64,000 nt of DNA. Origin: Candidatus Omnitrophota bacterium. Lineage in GTDB: Bacteria > Omnitrophota > Gorgyraeia > Zapsychrales > Fredricksoniimonadaceae. How positions within the stretch are numbered: the first letter of the stretch is position 1; every line of letters begins with the position of its first letter. The notes beneath the pieces are model-generated. The model had not been told where the DNA came from. It made no database searches and saw nothing but the letters and a program-made list of their open reading frames with translations. Both the position numbers and the translations under genes were made by a program. Below, piece after piece: positions 18,237 through 27,650 of this stretch. The stretch lies in the NCBI GenBank assembly GCA_044225175.1, contig JBGAJA010000003.1:197428-261427 (forward strand), written 5' to 3'.

Positions 18237-18680
18237 ATGAAAAAAGGTTTCACGATTCTAGAATTGCTGGTTGTCATATCGGTTTTAGTTATTCTTATTG
18301 GTATTGCTATACCTAGATTTAAGGGTATGCAAGATGCAGCAAAAGTAGCTCAAGCAAAAGGTGAATTGCAAACCATGCAGGCAGCAATTGAGTCTTATTA
18401 CATGAACCAAACAACAAAAGCTTATCCTGCTAGTAATGCCACCGTTGGAGCGAGTGTTTTATCAACTCAATCCCCACAAATTATTTCTAGCACGCCTCCA
18501 TATGATCCATTTGGATCAACTAGCACAACAGAGTATATTTACACTAAATCAGCAAATGGTAATCATTATGTCATTTATTCTGTTGGAGCTGCAGGGAGTG
18601 GTTCAGCGAGTATTGTTAACGGAGGAACAGTCACTATCAGCAATTCTGCACTTTGTGTAACAAATGGAAGTGGTTGTTAA
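18237..18680 (+). CDS. Type IV major pilin, copy 1 (class III leader MKKG|FTILELL, C-terminal disulfide loop CVTNGSGC)
   Basis: Prepilin cleavage/methylation motif G|FTxLE, hydrophobic alpha1 helix and two Cys residues near the C-terminus. RBS AAGGAGAATAAAATG. Confidence 0.85.
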   Translation: MKKGFTILELLVVISVLVILIGIAIPRFKGMQDAAKVAQAKGELQTMQAAIESYYMNQTTKAYPASNATVGASVLSTQSPQIISSTPPYDPFGSTSTTEYIYTKSANGNHYVIYSVGAAGSGSASIVNGGTVTISNSALCVTNGSGC

Positions 18681-18694
18681 TCAAGGAGAATAAA

Positions 18695-19138
18695 ATGAAA
18701 AAAGGTTTCACAATTTTAGAATTGTTGGTTGTTATATCGGTTTTAGTTATTCTAATTGGTATTGCCATTCCTAGATTTAAAGGTATGCAAGATGCTGCAA
18801 AAGTAGCTCAAGCCAAAGGTGAATTACAAACCATGCAGGCAGCAATTGAGTCTTATTACATGAACCAAACAACAAAAGCTTATCCTGCTAGTAACGCAAC
18901 TGTTGGAGCGAGCGTTTTATCGACTCAGGCACCACAAATTATACCAAGTACACCTCCGTATGATCCTTTTGGTGCGACTAGTTCAACAGAGTATGTTTAT
19001 ACCAAAGGTGCGGATGGTAGCTACTATGTTATTTATTCTGTTGGAGCTACGGGAAGTGGTTCTGCGAGTATTGTCAACGGAGGAACAGTTACAGTCACTG
19101 GTGGGGCACTTTGCGTTACAAATGGAAGCGGTTGTTAA
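18695..19138 (+). CDS. Type IV major pilin, copy 2 (tandem duplicate of copy 1; the ORF tracker's upstream start at 18653 is rejected)
   Basis: Same RBS and same first ~78 aa as copy 1. Divergent C-terminal globular region. Confidence 0.85.
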   Translation: MKKGFTILELLVVISVLVILIGIAIPRFKGMQDAAKVAQAKGELQTMQAAIESYYMNQTTKAYPASNATVGASVLSTQAPQIIPSTPPYDPFGATSSTEYVYTKGADGSYYVIYSVGATGSGSASIVNGGTVTVTGGALCVTNGSGC

Positions 19139-19186
19139 GTAATATTTTATTAAAAGTAATTCAGTATGGGTGAAAAGGAGACAGAT

Positions 19187-19630
19187 ATGAAAAAAGGTTT
19201 TACGATTTTGGAATTATTAATTGTTATTTCTGTATTAGTTATTTTAATTGGAATCGCTATCCCTCGTTTCAAAGGTATGCAAGATGCGGCTAAAATAGCA
19301 CAAGCTAAAGCGGAATTGTTAACCATGCAGTCTGCGGTGGAGTCATATTATACTAATCAGTCTGTTAAAACATATCCTCCAACAAATGCTACAGTCGGGC
19401 AAAGCTATTTAGGGGTCACAACGCCTCAAATTTTACCTAATTCTCCACCATATGATCCATTTGGGGCAACTAATACAACAGAATATAATTATCTTTTGTC
19501 TGCAAATGGGGCCCATTATGTTATTTATTCTATTGGTGCTAATGCTTCAGGCACAGTAAGTATTGTTAATGGAGGAACAGTTACTATTAGTAGTAATGCA
19601 TTATGCGTAACTAATGGTAGCGGATGTTAA
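19187..19630 (+). CDS. Type IV major pilin, copy 3 (more divergent paralog)
   Basis: MKKGFTILELLIVISVLV..., ~70% identity to copies 1 and 2, C-terminal CVTNGSGC. Start chosen at MKKGF with an AAAAGGAG RBS. Confidence 0.8.
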   Translation: MKKGFTILELLIVISVLVILIGIAIPRFKGMQDAAKIAQAKAELLTMQSAVESYYTNQSVKTYPPTNATVGQSYLGVTTPQILPNSPPYDPFGATNTTEYNYLLSANGAHYVIYSIGANASGTVSIVNGGTVTISSNALCVTNGSGC

Positions 19631-19662
19631 TGCTGAGAGTTGTTTCCTGCGTATGATAATGT

Positions 19663-20955
19663 ATGAAATCTAAATTAGGTTTTACTCTTCTTGAAGTCCT
19701 CATTACTTCTTTAATGATTGGGCTTTTGACTGCCGCAGTGACCATGGTTTATTTAACATCTTATCGTGCTGTGAGTGGTGGTCAGGACAGCGCTGGTGTC
19801 ACAATCCCTCTTTCTCAAGGTTTTGTTCGAATGGTGGATGATCTGCATAATGCCAGAGGAATTACTATCTGTAATTCTACAACAATAAGATTTGAAGATA
19901 ATACGGGCAGTATAGGGACTAATTATACTTATACTTTATATACATCTGGGGGTGTAACAAAACTATTAAAAGCATTAGCAACTGATCCTGCTGGTTCAGG
20001 ACAGTTGATTATGTCTAATATTGTAAGCGCTTCATCAACTCTTTGTAGTGCAAGTAGCGGAATCTTCACTATTGATCTTACTGCAACCCAAAACTCTATT
20101 TCTAAACATTTTAAAACGAGTGTTAAATTAAATGTTTCTCCATCGCTGCCTATTGCATGGTGGAAATTTGATGAAAACACAGGGACTACGGCCTATGATT
20201 CCAGCGGGAACGGCTATACAGGAACTCTCAATGGCGGATCTCCAGGATGGGTAGCTTCTAGCACTAACATGGGATATGCCTTAACTCTTTCTGCAGTTAA
20301 TACGGATTATATGGAATTCACTCCTGCCATCACGCCTGCCGCAAACAGCTCTTACTCGATCAGTCTTTGGGCTTATTATTCGCTGGCTGGAGGAGTAAGC
20401 ATGCCAATATTTACTTCCACTGCCCAAACTGGATTATATTTAGATAGTACTAATAAAAGACTAAAATTGGTAGGAACAGACGCTTCAATTTACGCAAGAA
20501 ATTCAACGTATACACCTTTTGCTGCCAGCGCATATTTTCATGTTGTAATGGTTGTTACTGATTATGCTGCAACAAGCACAGTTTGGTTCTATGTGAATGG
20601 GTTATTGACCTATTCAACAAATATCACGGATAATACGGGTCTTATTAGTTACAGTAGAATAGGATATGATGGGGTCAATAAAATGAACGGAAGAATGGAT
20701 GATGTGCGTTATTACAATAGAGCACTATCTCCTGAAGAAATCAGACAAATGTATGGTCAATATGGAAAAGTTTGTGATTCGAATTACAATCTTTGTACTG
20801 CAACCTGTAAGGATTTATATTCTGCGGCGAGTACTAGTAGTTGTGGAGGATGTACCACGGCGTGTATAGGGGGCCAATCTTGCACAAAAGGGAAATGTTG
20901 CACTACAGGGTGGACTAATTGCAGCGGTACTTGTACCAATGGTGCTTGCCCATAA
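19663..20955 (+). CDS. Minor pilin/pseudopilin with LamG (concanavalin A-like) domain and a C-terminal Cys-rich tail
   Basis: Prepilin leader MKSKLG|FTLLEV. The LamG signature is WWKFDENTGTTAYDSSGNGYTGTL...MDDVRYYNRALSPEEI. The last ~60 aa contain 14 Cys (CDSNYNLCTATCKD...CTNGACP). Confidence 0.7.
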   Translation: MKSKLGFTLLEVLITSLMIGLLTAAVTMVYLTSYRAVSGGQDSAGVTIPLSQGFVRMVDDLHNARGITICNSTTIRFEDNTGSIGTNYTYTLYTSGGVTKLLKALATDPAGSGQLIMSNIVSASSTLCSASSGIFTIDLTATQNSISKHFKTSVKLNVSPSLPIAWWKFDENTGTTAYDSSGNGYTGTLNGGSPGWVASSTNMGYALTLSAVNTDYMEFTPAITPAANSSYSISLWAYYSLAGGVSMPIFTSTAQTGLYLDSTNKRLKLVGTDASIYARNSTYTPFAASAYFHVVMVVTDYAATSTVWFYVNGLLTYSTNITDNTGLISYSRIGYDGVNKMNGRMDDVRYYNRALSPEEIRQMYGQYGKVCDSNYNLCTATCKDLYSAASTSSCGGCTTACIGGQSCTKGKCCTTGWTNCSGTCTNGACP

Positions 20956-20966
20956 TCATACTTAAA

Positions 20967-22136
20967 ATGAAAAACAAATTTATTCATCAAAGTCAAGGCA
21001 TGCTTTTATTAGTTATTGTGTTTATGTTTGCCTTAATGGTTTTGGCTGTTGCTTTTATGGGATCAACCATATACAACGCTAGGGTATCTTCGAGTCAAGT
21101 AGACAAGACACAAGCCTACTACATGGCAATAGCTGGAATCAACAAGGCGGAATATTATCTGGCTAATACTGCTCCTGATGCTTCGACAGATGGCTCTTAT
21201 CGAATAGGAACAGCTGCTACATCTGCAAGCTGTCCTAGTGGTTCACCAACCTGTTGTCCTGATGGGTTAAATGAAACAAGTATTGGAGGAACTTCCGGAA
21301 GCTATACGATTTGTATTGAAACTGTTACTCCACCTACCCTTGGTCAACCAACTATTAAAATCACCTCCACTGGAACCTTCAACGAAATAAGTAAAACTGT
21401 TCAGACGATTGTCAGATATAGATCAACGCTTGAGGCATGGTATAAGGGAGATGAAGGAAGCGGTTCAATCCTGCTTGATTCTGGTTCTAAAGGTATTTAT
21501 ATGATTTTCCCAGCCGCAACAAAGCCTAAATGGACAGATTCTGGGAAAGTTAATGGTGGTTCTGTTCTTTATGCGGGAGGAGCGCAATCTTCAAATACCA
21601 ACATGCTAGCTACAATTGCTACTACATTGGGAGGCGGAATCTATCCTGCCGTGTCAGCATTTAGTATTTCTGCATGGGTTTATCCTACGGCGACGACCAC
21701 TGCAAAACAATGTGTGCTGTGTGATATTTGGGGTAGTAAAGGTTTTTATTTGACGGTAGCAGGGGGATCTTTTTATGTTAATTTTACCGATGTGGCTGGA
21801 ACAAGTTCGAGTGCTGCCTCGGGTGCTATGAGTACAGGAGCCTGGGCCCATATTGCAGCTTCATATGATGGAACGACTCTGACTTTATATAAGAATGGAA
21901 CTTCTGTCACAACGGCTACGACCAATGGATTCACATTTCTTAATGGATCTGGTACCGATGTGGCGGGGAATCATTTATATGCTTATTTAGATGAGGTTCG
22001 TTTCTATTCTCGAGCGTTATCATCGACGGAGATTGATTTGCTTTATACAGCAGGTACAGTGGAGGCCACTAATGCTACTGCTGTAACAGCATATGGTTAC
22101 ATTGTTCCAATTCCAGGATCTTTTACAGAGCTATGA
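20967..22136 (+). CDS. PilX-like minor pilin with LamG domain (start revised to MKNKF)
   Basis: The PilX_N-like hydrophobic N-terminus (QSQGMLLLVIVFMFALMVLAVAFMG) lacks Glu5. LamG-type segment LDEVRFYSRALSSTEIDLLY. The ORF tracker's 20919 start overlaps the upstream gene. Confidence 0.6.
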   Translation: MKNKFIHQSQGMLLLVIVFMFALMVLAVAFMGSTIYNARVSSSQVDKTQAYYMAIAGINKAEYYLANTAPDASTDGSYRIGTAATSASCPSGSPTCCPDGLNETSIGGTSGSYTICIETVTPPTLGQPTIKITSTGTFNEISKTVQTIVRYRSTLEAWYKGDEGSGSILLDSGSKGIYMIFPAATKPKWTDSGKVNGGSVLYAGGAQSSNTNMLATIATTLGGGIYPAVSAFSISAWVYPTATTTAKQCVLCDIWGSKGFYLTVAGGSFYVNFTDVAGTSSSAASGAMSTGAWAHIAASYDGTTLTLYKNGTSVTTATTNGFTFLNGSGTDVAGNHLYAYLDEVRFYSRALSSTEIDLLYTAGTVEATNATAVTAYGYIVPIPGSFTEL

Positions 22137-22555
22137 GAATGAACAAACAATCTATACGTTACAAACTTAATAAAAGAGGTTTTACTTTATTGGAGATAAT
22201 CATATCCTCAGTTTTAATTACTGTTGGAATAGTTTCAGTTGTAAGGGTCATATCTTCAGGACTTGTATTTAACAGCTCAATGGATGGAGAGTCTGTTGCT
22301 TTGGCTTTAGCCCAGCAGAAAATGGAAGTTCTTAGAAACACAGCGTATACAAGCATTTCTGATTCTTCGACTCTTTGTTCAGCGACGTATACAACTTGGG
22401 CTGCCGCGGATATTACGCCCTATTATCAATGTTGGTCTGTTACAGATAACACACATTACAAAACAGTGGTTGTTAAAATCGCTTGGGATTTTAAAGGAGC
22501 GCAAAGAACAGTCAGTTTAACAACTTATATCGCTAATCTTTATCCTAGGATGTAA
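22133..22555 (+). CDS. PilV-like minor pilin
   Basis: Prepilin leader NKRG|FTLLEIIISSVL; ~140 aa. Confidence 0.6.
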   Translation: MRMNKQSIRYKLNKRGFTLLEIIISSVLITVGIVSVVRVISSGLVFNSSMDGESVALALAQQKMEVLRNTAYTSISDSSTLCSATYTTWAAADITPYYQCWSVTDNTHYKTVVVKIAWDFKGAQRTVSLTTYIANLYPRM

Positions 22556-22673
22556 ATGCTCATAATTAAAGGGTTTACATATTTTCTGTGACAATGAAAA
22601 ATCAATTCAATTAATAGAATGATTTTTAATATCTGTTAATATATTGATAATATTATCATTCATTTGAAATCTT

Positions 22674-24383
22674 ATGGCGCAAGCTAACTCCACATATAAA
22701 AATTCTTTTATACTTTCCCTCTTCCATCAGATCAAGTTATTGTCTAATCAAAGATCTGTCATTGGTGTCGATGTCGATCTAAATTTCGTAAATATTGTTC
22801 AAGTACAGAGCGTTTTGAATGATCAAAAGATTATTCGTGCTGTTTCTGAGAAGGTTGAGCTTATCAAGGATGGACGAAGAGAAACTGCCATTACTATTGC
22901 ACTTCAAAAAGCATTAAACAAATTTGATATCAAAAGTTCAGATATTATTTATACATTAAGTGATCAAAAGGCTATTGTGGATCACATTACAATGCCTTTA
23001 ATGCCGACTGAAGAACTCGGTGAGGCTGTTAAGTTGCAAATAAGTAATACTCAACATTATTCTATAGAAAATCCCATTTTTGACTTTCAAATTTTGGGAC
23101 GCAGTCTTGAAAAGGGGATTGAGAAATTTAATTTGATAGTGGCGGCCATTGCTAAATCTTCTATGGATATCTATACGAGTCGATTCAAGGCCTCTCCAAA
23201 CGATGCTTTAAGTGGCATAAAGAAGTCATTGTTTCTTGAAAATTTGATGGATGTCAATATTACTAGAGCGATTCCGCTTTCAATAGCCTTTGAGAACATT
23301 ATTAAGGAATCGGAGAAATCTGAGACATTGGCTGTTCTTTATATTGGTGCATCAACTTCAGAAATTAATATCTATAAAGAAGGAAAGTTAGATTTCACAA
23401 GAAAGATCACTCTTTTAGCTGGAGATTTAACTAAAGCTTTAACAAGTGCTATTTTTACGGATAGTGGAAAGATAGAACTAACTGCAGCTGAAGCCCAAAT
23501 GCTTCAGAAAGAATTTGGTATTCCATCTTCTGGAGATAATTTTCTAATCCGAGGTAAAATCACAGCAAATCAGGCTCTTGCTTTACTACGTCCTAAGCTA
23601 GAACAGTTGAATCGAGAGATTCATCGTTGTTTTGATTATTATTATGATAAAACTCAATCTAATAAGATTGAGAAAATTATTTTATTTGGAGATGCTGCGC
23701 TTTTAAAGGGATTAGGTAATTCTTTAAATATAGAATTTGGTATTCCCGTAACGATAGGTAATCCTTTGGGAGGAAAAGTTCTTCATTTTAATGGCGAATC
23801 TGAATTCACTGCGGACGATATTCAAAGATTAGTTGCTGCAATCGGAGCAAGTCTTTCAGACTCAAAAGGGATTAATCTTTTACCAACGGCTTTTAGAAGT
23901 TTCCAAGTCAAATTTCTTCAAAGAGTATTGGTTGTTCTAGCTGCATGTGCAATGATTGGACTGTTTATTTTCGTATATCTGGGACTTTTGGTTCAACAAA
24001 CCATTACAAAGAAACAATTAGAAAATACAAAAAAAGAATACCTTGCTATTTTGCCAAAGGTTAATCAAATCAGAACTACCCTCTTAGCAAAAGATTATGT
24101 TGATCATCGTATGAATATCGCAAAATTAATGTTGCAGTTAAGTCACCTGCCTAAGAAGGTATTTATAACTGAATTGAAATTAGAACAGGATACTTTGACA
24201 TTATCCGGATTGGTTGCTCTTAAGCCTCAAGAAGCTAAGGCGAAGCTTAGTCGTCTTGAGGAAGAATTGGCTACAAATTATTTATATAACGTTCGAGAAA
24301 ATTCTTTAAAGCAGTCTGTGATAGATGCTTCTTTGACAGAGTTTGTGATTCAAGCCCAATTAAGAAAGGAGGAGGCAAAATAA
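22674..24383 (+). CDS. PilM-like actin-fold ATPase fused to a PilN-like TM/coiled-coil region
   Basis: The actin-like PilM signature (AVLYIGASTSEINIYKEGKL.FTRKITLLAGDLTKAL) is followed at ~aa 420 by a TM helix and a periplasmic coiled coil, as in PilN. Confidence 0.6.
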   Translation: MAQANSTYKNSFILSLFHQIKLLSNQRSVIGVDVDLNFVNIVQVQSVLNDQKIIRAVSEKVELIKDGRRETAITIALQKALNKFDIKSSDIIYTLSDQKAIVDHITMPLMPTEELGEAVKLQISNTQHYSIENPIFDFQILGRSLEKGIEKFNLIVAAIAKSSMDIYTSRFKASPNDALSGIKKSLFLENLMDVNITRAIPLSIAFENIIKESEKSETLAVLYIGASTSEINIYKEGKLDFTRKITLLAGDLTKALTSAIFTDSGKIELTAAEAQMLQKEFGIPSSGDNFLIRGKITANQALALLRPKLEQLNREIHRCFDYYYDKTQSNKIEKIILFGDAALLKGLGNSLNIEFGIPVTIGNPLGGKVLHFNGESEFTADDIQRLVAAIGASLSDSKGINLLPTAFRSFQVKFLQRVLVVLAACAMIGLFIFVYLGLLVQQTITKKQLENTKKEYLAILPKVNQIRTTLLAKDYVDHRMNIAKLMLQLSHLPKKVFITELKLEQDTLTLSGLVALKPQEAKAKLSRLEEELATNYLYNVRENSLKQSVIDASLTEFVIQAQLRKEEAK

Positions 24384-24910
24384 TGAATCTTCCTACTTTT
24401 AAACAAGAGGAATTCTTACCTGTCGCTGTGGTTGCATTCTTTCTATTTATTATTTTTGTAGGTCTGTGTGTATGTAAATCAGTTGCTGGAAATATTCATC
24501 AGAATAAAGAGCAGCGTCAGGCATATATACAAGAGACTCTTAATTTAAAGAAATTGATATCTGCTGCTAGTCAAAAGAAGTTTATCAAATTAACTTCTCC
24601 AAATAAATTAGATGAGTTTAAAGATAAAATTTCTAAGATAGCTGCTGATAATAATGTACGTTTAATTTTTAACAAATCGAATGATGAAGCGTCCTCAGAT
24701 ACTAATTCGTTTAACCGTATACCTTTTGAAGTTCAAACTTCTGGAAAGTTTCAAGATTTTGGTAAATTTTTGACGCAACTTAAGACAATGCCAGAAGGGC
24801 TGGTTGATGTAGAAAGAGTAGTTATGTCAACTGAAGGTCAGGCAAGTTCAGCAAATATCGTTGGAATTATGACATTAGGGATCTATTTGGCTAAAGATAA
24901 TGAAATTTAA
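24383..24910 (+). CDS. PilO-like inner-membrane pilus alignment protein
   Basis: Single N-terminal TM helix plus a ~140 aa periplasmic domain. Position between PilMN and the PilP-like gene. Start overlaps the upstream stop. Confidence 0.4.
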   Translation: MNLPTFKQEEFLPVAVVAFFLFIIFVGLCVCKSVAGNIHQNKEQRQAYIQETLNLKKLISAASQKKFIKLTSPNKLDEFKDKISKIAADNNVRLIFNKSNDEASSDTNSFNRIPFEVQTSGKFQDFGKFLTQLKTMPEGLVDVERVVMSTEGQASSANIVGIMTLGIYLAKDNEI

Positions 24911-25445
24911 TCAAACTACTTTTATTGGTATCGTTGTTGTCCTTTTTATAATAGCTATTATTTTCTTGTTTGGTTTATCCTCTTCCAAGAAGAAATTCGA
25001 GGTTTTGCCAAAGTTAAATAATAAACAAATAATGGATTTAATTGAGCAGAAAGATGATGTGCAATTAGTTTCTTCTCCAGCAAAATGGGGAAAAAGAAAT
25101 CCTTTTGTTTCACCCGTCTCTAATGCAACATCAGACCATACGATTGTGCTTGCAGGAGTGTTCTGGGGAAGCAGTAAACCAAGTGCTATTTTTAATACAT
25201 TTACTCAAGTGGATGGACAAAATATTCCGCAAAGTGTTGTAGCTGGGGTGGGCGAAAAGGTTAATGATCTAACAGTTAAAGAAATTAAAAGTGATGGAGT
25301 TGTCTTAAGTGATTCTCAAGGACAGGCAATGGTTTTCTTTATGAAAGAAGCTTTTAAAGTTCCAGATCCTTTAGCTGAAGAAGATGACGAAGATGATCCG
25401 CAGAGTACCGGTAATATGCAGCAGACGTCAATTCCTACCCAATAG
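24900..25445 (+). CDS. PilP-like protein (N-terminal anchor, NPF motif, C-terminal beta domain)
   Basis: KRNPF motif, then a VVLSD...VNDLTVKEIKSDGVVL beta-rich domain typical of PilP/GspC HR domains. Acidic tail. Confidence 0.4.
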   Translation: MKFNQTTFIGIVVVLFIIAIIFLFGLSSSKKKFEVLPKLNNKQIMDLIEQKDDVQLVSSPAKWGKRNPFVSPVSNATSDHTIVLAGVFWGSSKPSAIFNTFTQVDGQNIPQSVVAGVGEKVNDLTVKEIKSDGVVLSDSQGQAMVFFMKEAFKVPDPLAEEDDEDDPQSTGNMQQTSIPTQ

Positions 25446-25479
25446 AGAAAATCTATTTAGAAAACAGATTGGATAACTA

Positions 25480-25917
25480 ATGAAGAATATTTTTATTTTA
25501 ATTTTGTTATTAGGTTTTATTCTTCCTTCCATGACCTTGGCTATGAGCCTTTCGAAAGAAAAGGTGGATCGACTTAAATATATCAAGCAAAGTTTAATGG
25601 ATATTGATGGTAAAACGCTTCAACAGACCATCAATGAAGTAGAAAAGAGCAAACATCCGGAAATACAATTAAGCATTAAAGAAGCCATGGCTAAAACATA
25701 TATTGAGATTGTACAGGAACAAAATGTTCAAGGATTGTCTAAGAAAAAGTGGCTTTACAGTATGGTTGCTCTTAATATGGCTTACTTACAATTTGGTGGG
25801 GATAAAGATTCAGCAGGAAATGCAAGCAACCTAAATAAATTGATCCGCAGTAAATTAAGGTCTCATCTTCCTTCCGGTATCATGCAACAACCAGGATTTA
25901 GAACTTCTTTAGAATAA
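25480..25917 (+). CDS. Hypothetical secreted protein
   Basis: Signal peptide MKNIFILILLLGFILPSMTLA. No family recognised. Confidence 0.4.
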   Translation: MKNIFILILLLGFILPSMTLAMSLSKEKVDRLKYIKQSLMDIDGKTLQQTINEVEKSKHPEIQLSIKEAMAKTYIEIVQEQNVQGLSKKKWLYSMVALNMAYLQFGGDKDSAGNASNLNKLIRSKLRSHLPSGIMQQPGFRTSLE

Positions 25918-25929
25918 AATCTTTTAAGA

Positions 25930-27405
25930 TTAGCGGGATATTTTCAATCCTTCGATAAAGCTTTCTACAATATCCTGGTCGATTTCATCTTTCATCGAAC
26001 GAAGAATTTGAATGGCTTCGTTTGTAGATTTTTTCGGGCGGTAGGAGCGTTCTGTGGTGAGAGCATCATAGATGTCAGCCACGGTCAGAATACGGACTAA
26101 GGGGGAGATTTCAGAACCTTTTAAACCATCAGGATAGCCAGATCCATCTAGTTTCTCGTGATGATGCCTAATAATATCACAAAGGGGGGATAAAGATCGA
26201 ACGGGTTTGATAATGCTTTCTCCTATTTCAGCGTGACGACGCATAATGACCCATTCTTCTTCATTGAGTCTTTTGTCTTTTAGTAGAATTTCATCAGGAA
26301 TTCCTATTTTTCCTAAATCATGAAGGCGTGCCCCATCACGTAATATCTGTAAATCCTCGCCATCAATTCCAATTTGTTTAGCAATCAACATGACGTATTC
26401 AGATACGCGATCTAGGTGCCCTCTTGAATATTTATCTTTAGCATCAACAGCAAGTGCAAGGGCAGAGATAGTTTCAAAATAGGTTTTTTCAATGTCATTA
26501 TTGAGTTTTGAATTTTCAAGAGCGATTCCTGTTTGTGAGGCAAGATGAAAGACAAGATCAACATCATCTTGAGAAAATGTTGCATCTGAGGTTTCATCTT
26601 TACTTAAAGTTATAAGTCCTAGAATTTTCTCACGATAGAGTAATGGTACGCAGATTAAGTTTTCTCCAAAGAAATTAGCTAGTACAGGATTGTTTAAACT
26701 TTTCAGAAAGATTCCAGAGACTATGAAAGGCTTTTTTTCTTCTATCACTTTTGAAAATGGAGAGCCTTGGAAAAGTTGAATATGAATAGGATTGAGAATA
26801 TCATAACTGGCTCCGTATACACTATTAATGACTAGTTCTGTTTTACTGCTTTTGAGCAGCATTAAAGTTGAAACTTTACCATTTAGGGCATTAGTCATCG
26901 TTTCTAAAATCAGTTCAAGAAAGGTGTCAATTCTTTCCATATTGGAAATTCCTTGGCCTACTTTATCCATGACTGATTGCAGTGTTCTTTTTGCAGATTC
27001 CAAGCTTTGGATATTGTCTTCAAGCTTTTTCGTCACTGCAGAAAAGGAACGACTTAGGACGGCAATTTCATTCTCTCCTTGGTTCAATTGTTGAATCGTT
27101 TCGGGACTAAGGATTTTCTCTAAGATTTTACTGTTGTTTTCAGTAATATTAATGACTGTCTTTAATAATGTACGCATGGAGTTGTACCCAATAAGGACAC
27201 CCAAAGTCATGAAAATCATAGCTATTTGAAAATTACCCTCGCTTAATTCAATATGTCCAGATTTATTGTGTTGAAAATAGACATATGTAAGTAAACCCAT
27301 AGGGACAATGGAAGCTAAAAGAAAAAGAATGGTAAATTTACGAAGGATAGAGGCGTCTTCGAAAGAAGCGGCAAAGAAGAGTTTATTATTTTTTTTAGAA
27401 GTCAT
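25930..27405 (-). CDS. HD-GYP domain c-di-GMP phosphodiesterase with N-terminal 2-TM anchor and central GAF-like domain
   Basis: HD...HHHEKLDGSGYPDGL is the HD-GYP signature. N-terminal hydrophobic helices. Confidence 0.8.
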   Translation of the reverse strand: MTSKKNNKLFFAASFEDASILRKFTILFLLASIVPMGLLTYVYFQHNKSGHIELSEGNFQIAMIFMTLGVLIGYNSMRTLLKTVINITENNSKILEKILSPETIQQLNQGENEIAVLSRSFSAVTKKLEDNIQSLESAKRTLQSVMDKVGQGISNMERIDTFLELILETMTNALNGKVSTLMLLKSSKTELVINSVYGASYDILNPIHIQLFQGSPFSKVIEEKKPFIVSGIFLKSLNNPVLANFFGENLICVPLLYREKILGLITLSKDETSDATFSQDDVDLVFHLASQTGIALENSKLNNDIEKTYFETISALALAVDAKDKYSRGHLDRVSEYVMLIAKQIGIDGEDLQILRDGARLHDLGKIGIPDEILLKDKRLNEEEWVIMRRHAEIGESIIKPVRSLSPLCDIIRHHHEKLDGSGYPDGLKGSEISPLVRILTVADIYDALTTERSYRPKKSTNEAIQILRSMKDEIDQDIVESFIEGLKISR

Positions 27406-27650
27406 ATAGTCTTTTCAAAACACAATTACTAAATATAACTGTAATCTTATGCAATGAACAGAAAATTCTCTTTTCAATTTAAGATATATCATATTATTTT
27501 AAGTTAATCCAACTTGAAGAAATAATTTTCTGGGTTATTTTAAGTTGTATATCTCGCTGTCTTGCTTTAAAATATCGAGGTTTTAGATTCATTCCATAGA
27601 GAAATTTCACGGAAATTGACTATCACATTAAAATATTTTAGGAGAGATCT

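Larger units (their letters stand above)
18222..19138 (+). repeat. Tandem direct duplication (period 458 bp) covering pilin copies 1 and 2, including the RBS
   Basis: Start-to-start distance is 18237 to 18695. The 5' ~240 nt of each unit are nearly identical; the 3' halves have diverged. Confidence 0.8.
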
